A stretch of DNA of 26,316 nt from a virus. Its lineage: Duplodnaviria > Caudoviricetes. Under the pieces are notes generated by a model, which worked only from the letters and a program-made list of their open reading frames with translations, was not told the DNA's origin and did not search any database. Location of the stretch: the IMG/VR virus record IMGVR_UViG_3300026254_000135, positions 1 to 26,316 of that record; one strand, 5' to 3'. The number at the start of each line of letters is the position of its first letter. Positions within the stretch are counted from its first letter, which is position 1. The position numbers were made by a program, and so were the translations under genes. This document shows, in pieces, positions 25,449-26,316 of the stretch.

Positions 25449-26316
25449 TGGATTGGTCAAAATATTATCCCGCAAATTATAGTGCGATAACAGCTGAAGA
25501 TGTTAAACAGATTCTGGAAAAGAAAATCGCTCCTGTTGAAGATAACGCCAATGATACATCAGTTAATGAAGTTGATTCATCCGGCATAGATATGTATGAT
25601 AATAAAAGAAAAGAATCAGAGAGAAGGAAGAAGGCTAGAGAAACTCCTTCTTCTCCAGAAACTCAAGCTAAGCTTAAAAGGGCAAGAGCAGGAGAAGTTG
25701 TTGATGAACTCTCAAAAGAACCCGGCGGTATATTACAACGCGCAGCAGGTGCAGCAAAGAAGGATGCTGCATTACAAAGAGACGCACAAGATTGGGCAAA
25801 AAGACGAGGAACAGACACAGGATTCCACGGTAAAAAGGCAGCAAAGAGAGAGAAACAAGCCGGAAAATTCAGTGCCGCTGTCGATGTCAACCAACGGAAT
25901 ACAGCTTTTAAAAAGGAAGATAACACCGATATTGAACCTGTCGATGAAATAAGTGCTGCAATGGCAGATAGAGCCGCTTCAGGAGTAGACAGAAGTGACG
26001 GTACAGCGTCAGATCCAAGGCCATCAGCAGGAGCAAAGCGAGGAAGAAAATTCGATGCTTATGCTGATAGAAAGCAGAACCCTAAGAAAGGCGATAAACC
26101 AGGATCAGCCGCAAAAGCCGCAAGTGCTGCTGCTGATAGAACGGAAGATGCGCAAGATGATGCAAGAGCAGCTTTTGCTCAAGGTGATGATGCATATGCA
26201 TATCATCAAGCAGGGAAGAAAAAAGAACCCGAAAAGAAAAAAGTAAATATACCAGCGCCAAAAGATAAGCAAGAAAGAGACCGAGATGCTTGGCGCGCTA
26301 AAAGAGAAAGTTGGTA
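25448..26316 (+). CDS. Highly charged Ala/Lys/Asp-rich protein, probable internal head (poly)protein; runs to the window end, missed by the ORF track
   Basis: ATG 25448 (TAATG coupling). Open for 289 codons: MDWSKYYPANYSAITAEDVKQILEKK...VDELSKEPGG...VDEISAAMADRAA...AWRAKRESW. The final two bases 'TA' may begin a stop codon. Confidence 0.8.
   Translation, partial: MDWSKYYPANYSAITAEDVKQILEKKIAPVEDNANDTSVNEVDSSGIDMYDNKRKESERRKKARETPSSPETQAKLKRARAGEVVDELSKEPGGILQRAAGAAKKDAALQRDAQDWAKRRGTDTGFHGKKAAKREKQAGKFSAAVDVNQRNTAFKKEDNTDIEPVDEISAAMADRAASGVDRSDGTASDPRPSAGAKRGRKFDAYADRKQNPKKGDKPGSAAKAASAAADRTEDAQDDARAAFAQGDDAYAYHQAGKKKEPEKKKVNIPAPKDKQERDRDAWRAKRESW

Noticed and set aside
25596-26246. Plus-strand ORFs 25596-25952 and 25995-26246 from the track
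   Set aside because: Off-frame (Q/K/L/M-rich) shadows of the longer ORF starting at 25448.
1-26316. tRNA genes, CRISPR arrays, transposases, alternative genetic code
   Set aside because: Intergenic gaps are short, with no cloverleaf or spaced direct repeats seen. Core genes are full length under the standard code and end in TAA, TGA or TAG.

Overview
AT-rich, entirely plus-strand segment of a T4-like (Tevenvirinae/Kyanoviridae-type, probably aquatic) myophage genome. Positions 1-17.9 kb are the conserved replication module: a 5'-truncated CobT-like HExxH/VWA gene, CobS-like AAA+ ATPase, glycosyltransferase, gp45, gp44, gp62, regA, dUTPase, Hsp20, M15 peptidase, gp43, phosphoribosyltransferase, 2OG-Fe(II) oxygenase, uvsX, an atypical methyltransferase and gp41. 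Several near-perfect sigma70 promoters drive it. From about 18.5 kb to the end is a probable late operon. Several of its proteins start with a motif resembling the T4 internal-protein capsid-targeting sequence (MKSYKQFLVE, MKSFLQYLEE, MRRFKTYL..E) or carry many (L/I/V)-x-E prohead-protease-type sites. These include a PD-(D/E)xK-like protein, an unannotated ligase-fold nucleotidyltransferase (KWDG...EGFV...K), a Pnkp-type HAD phosphatase, an HxGH nucleotidyltransferase and a charged polyprotein missed by the ORF track. The main hypothesis is a virion-packaged, co-injected nucleic-acid end-healing/sealing enzyme set. All calls come from motif recognition by eye; no searches were run. No tRNA, CRISPR array, intron or intein was seen.
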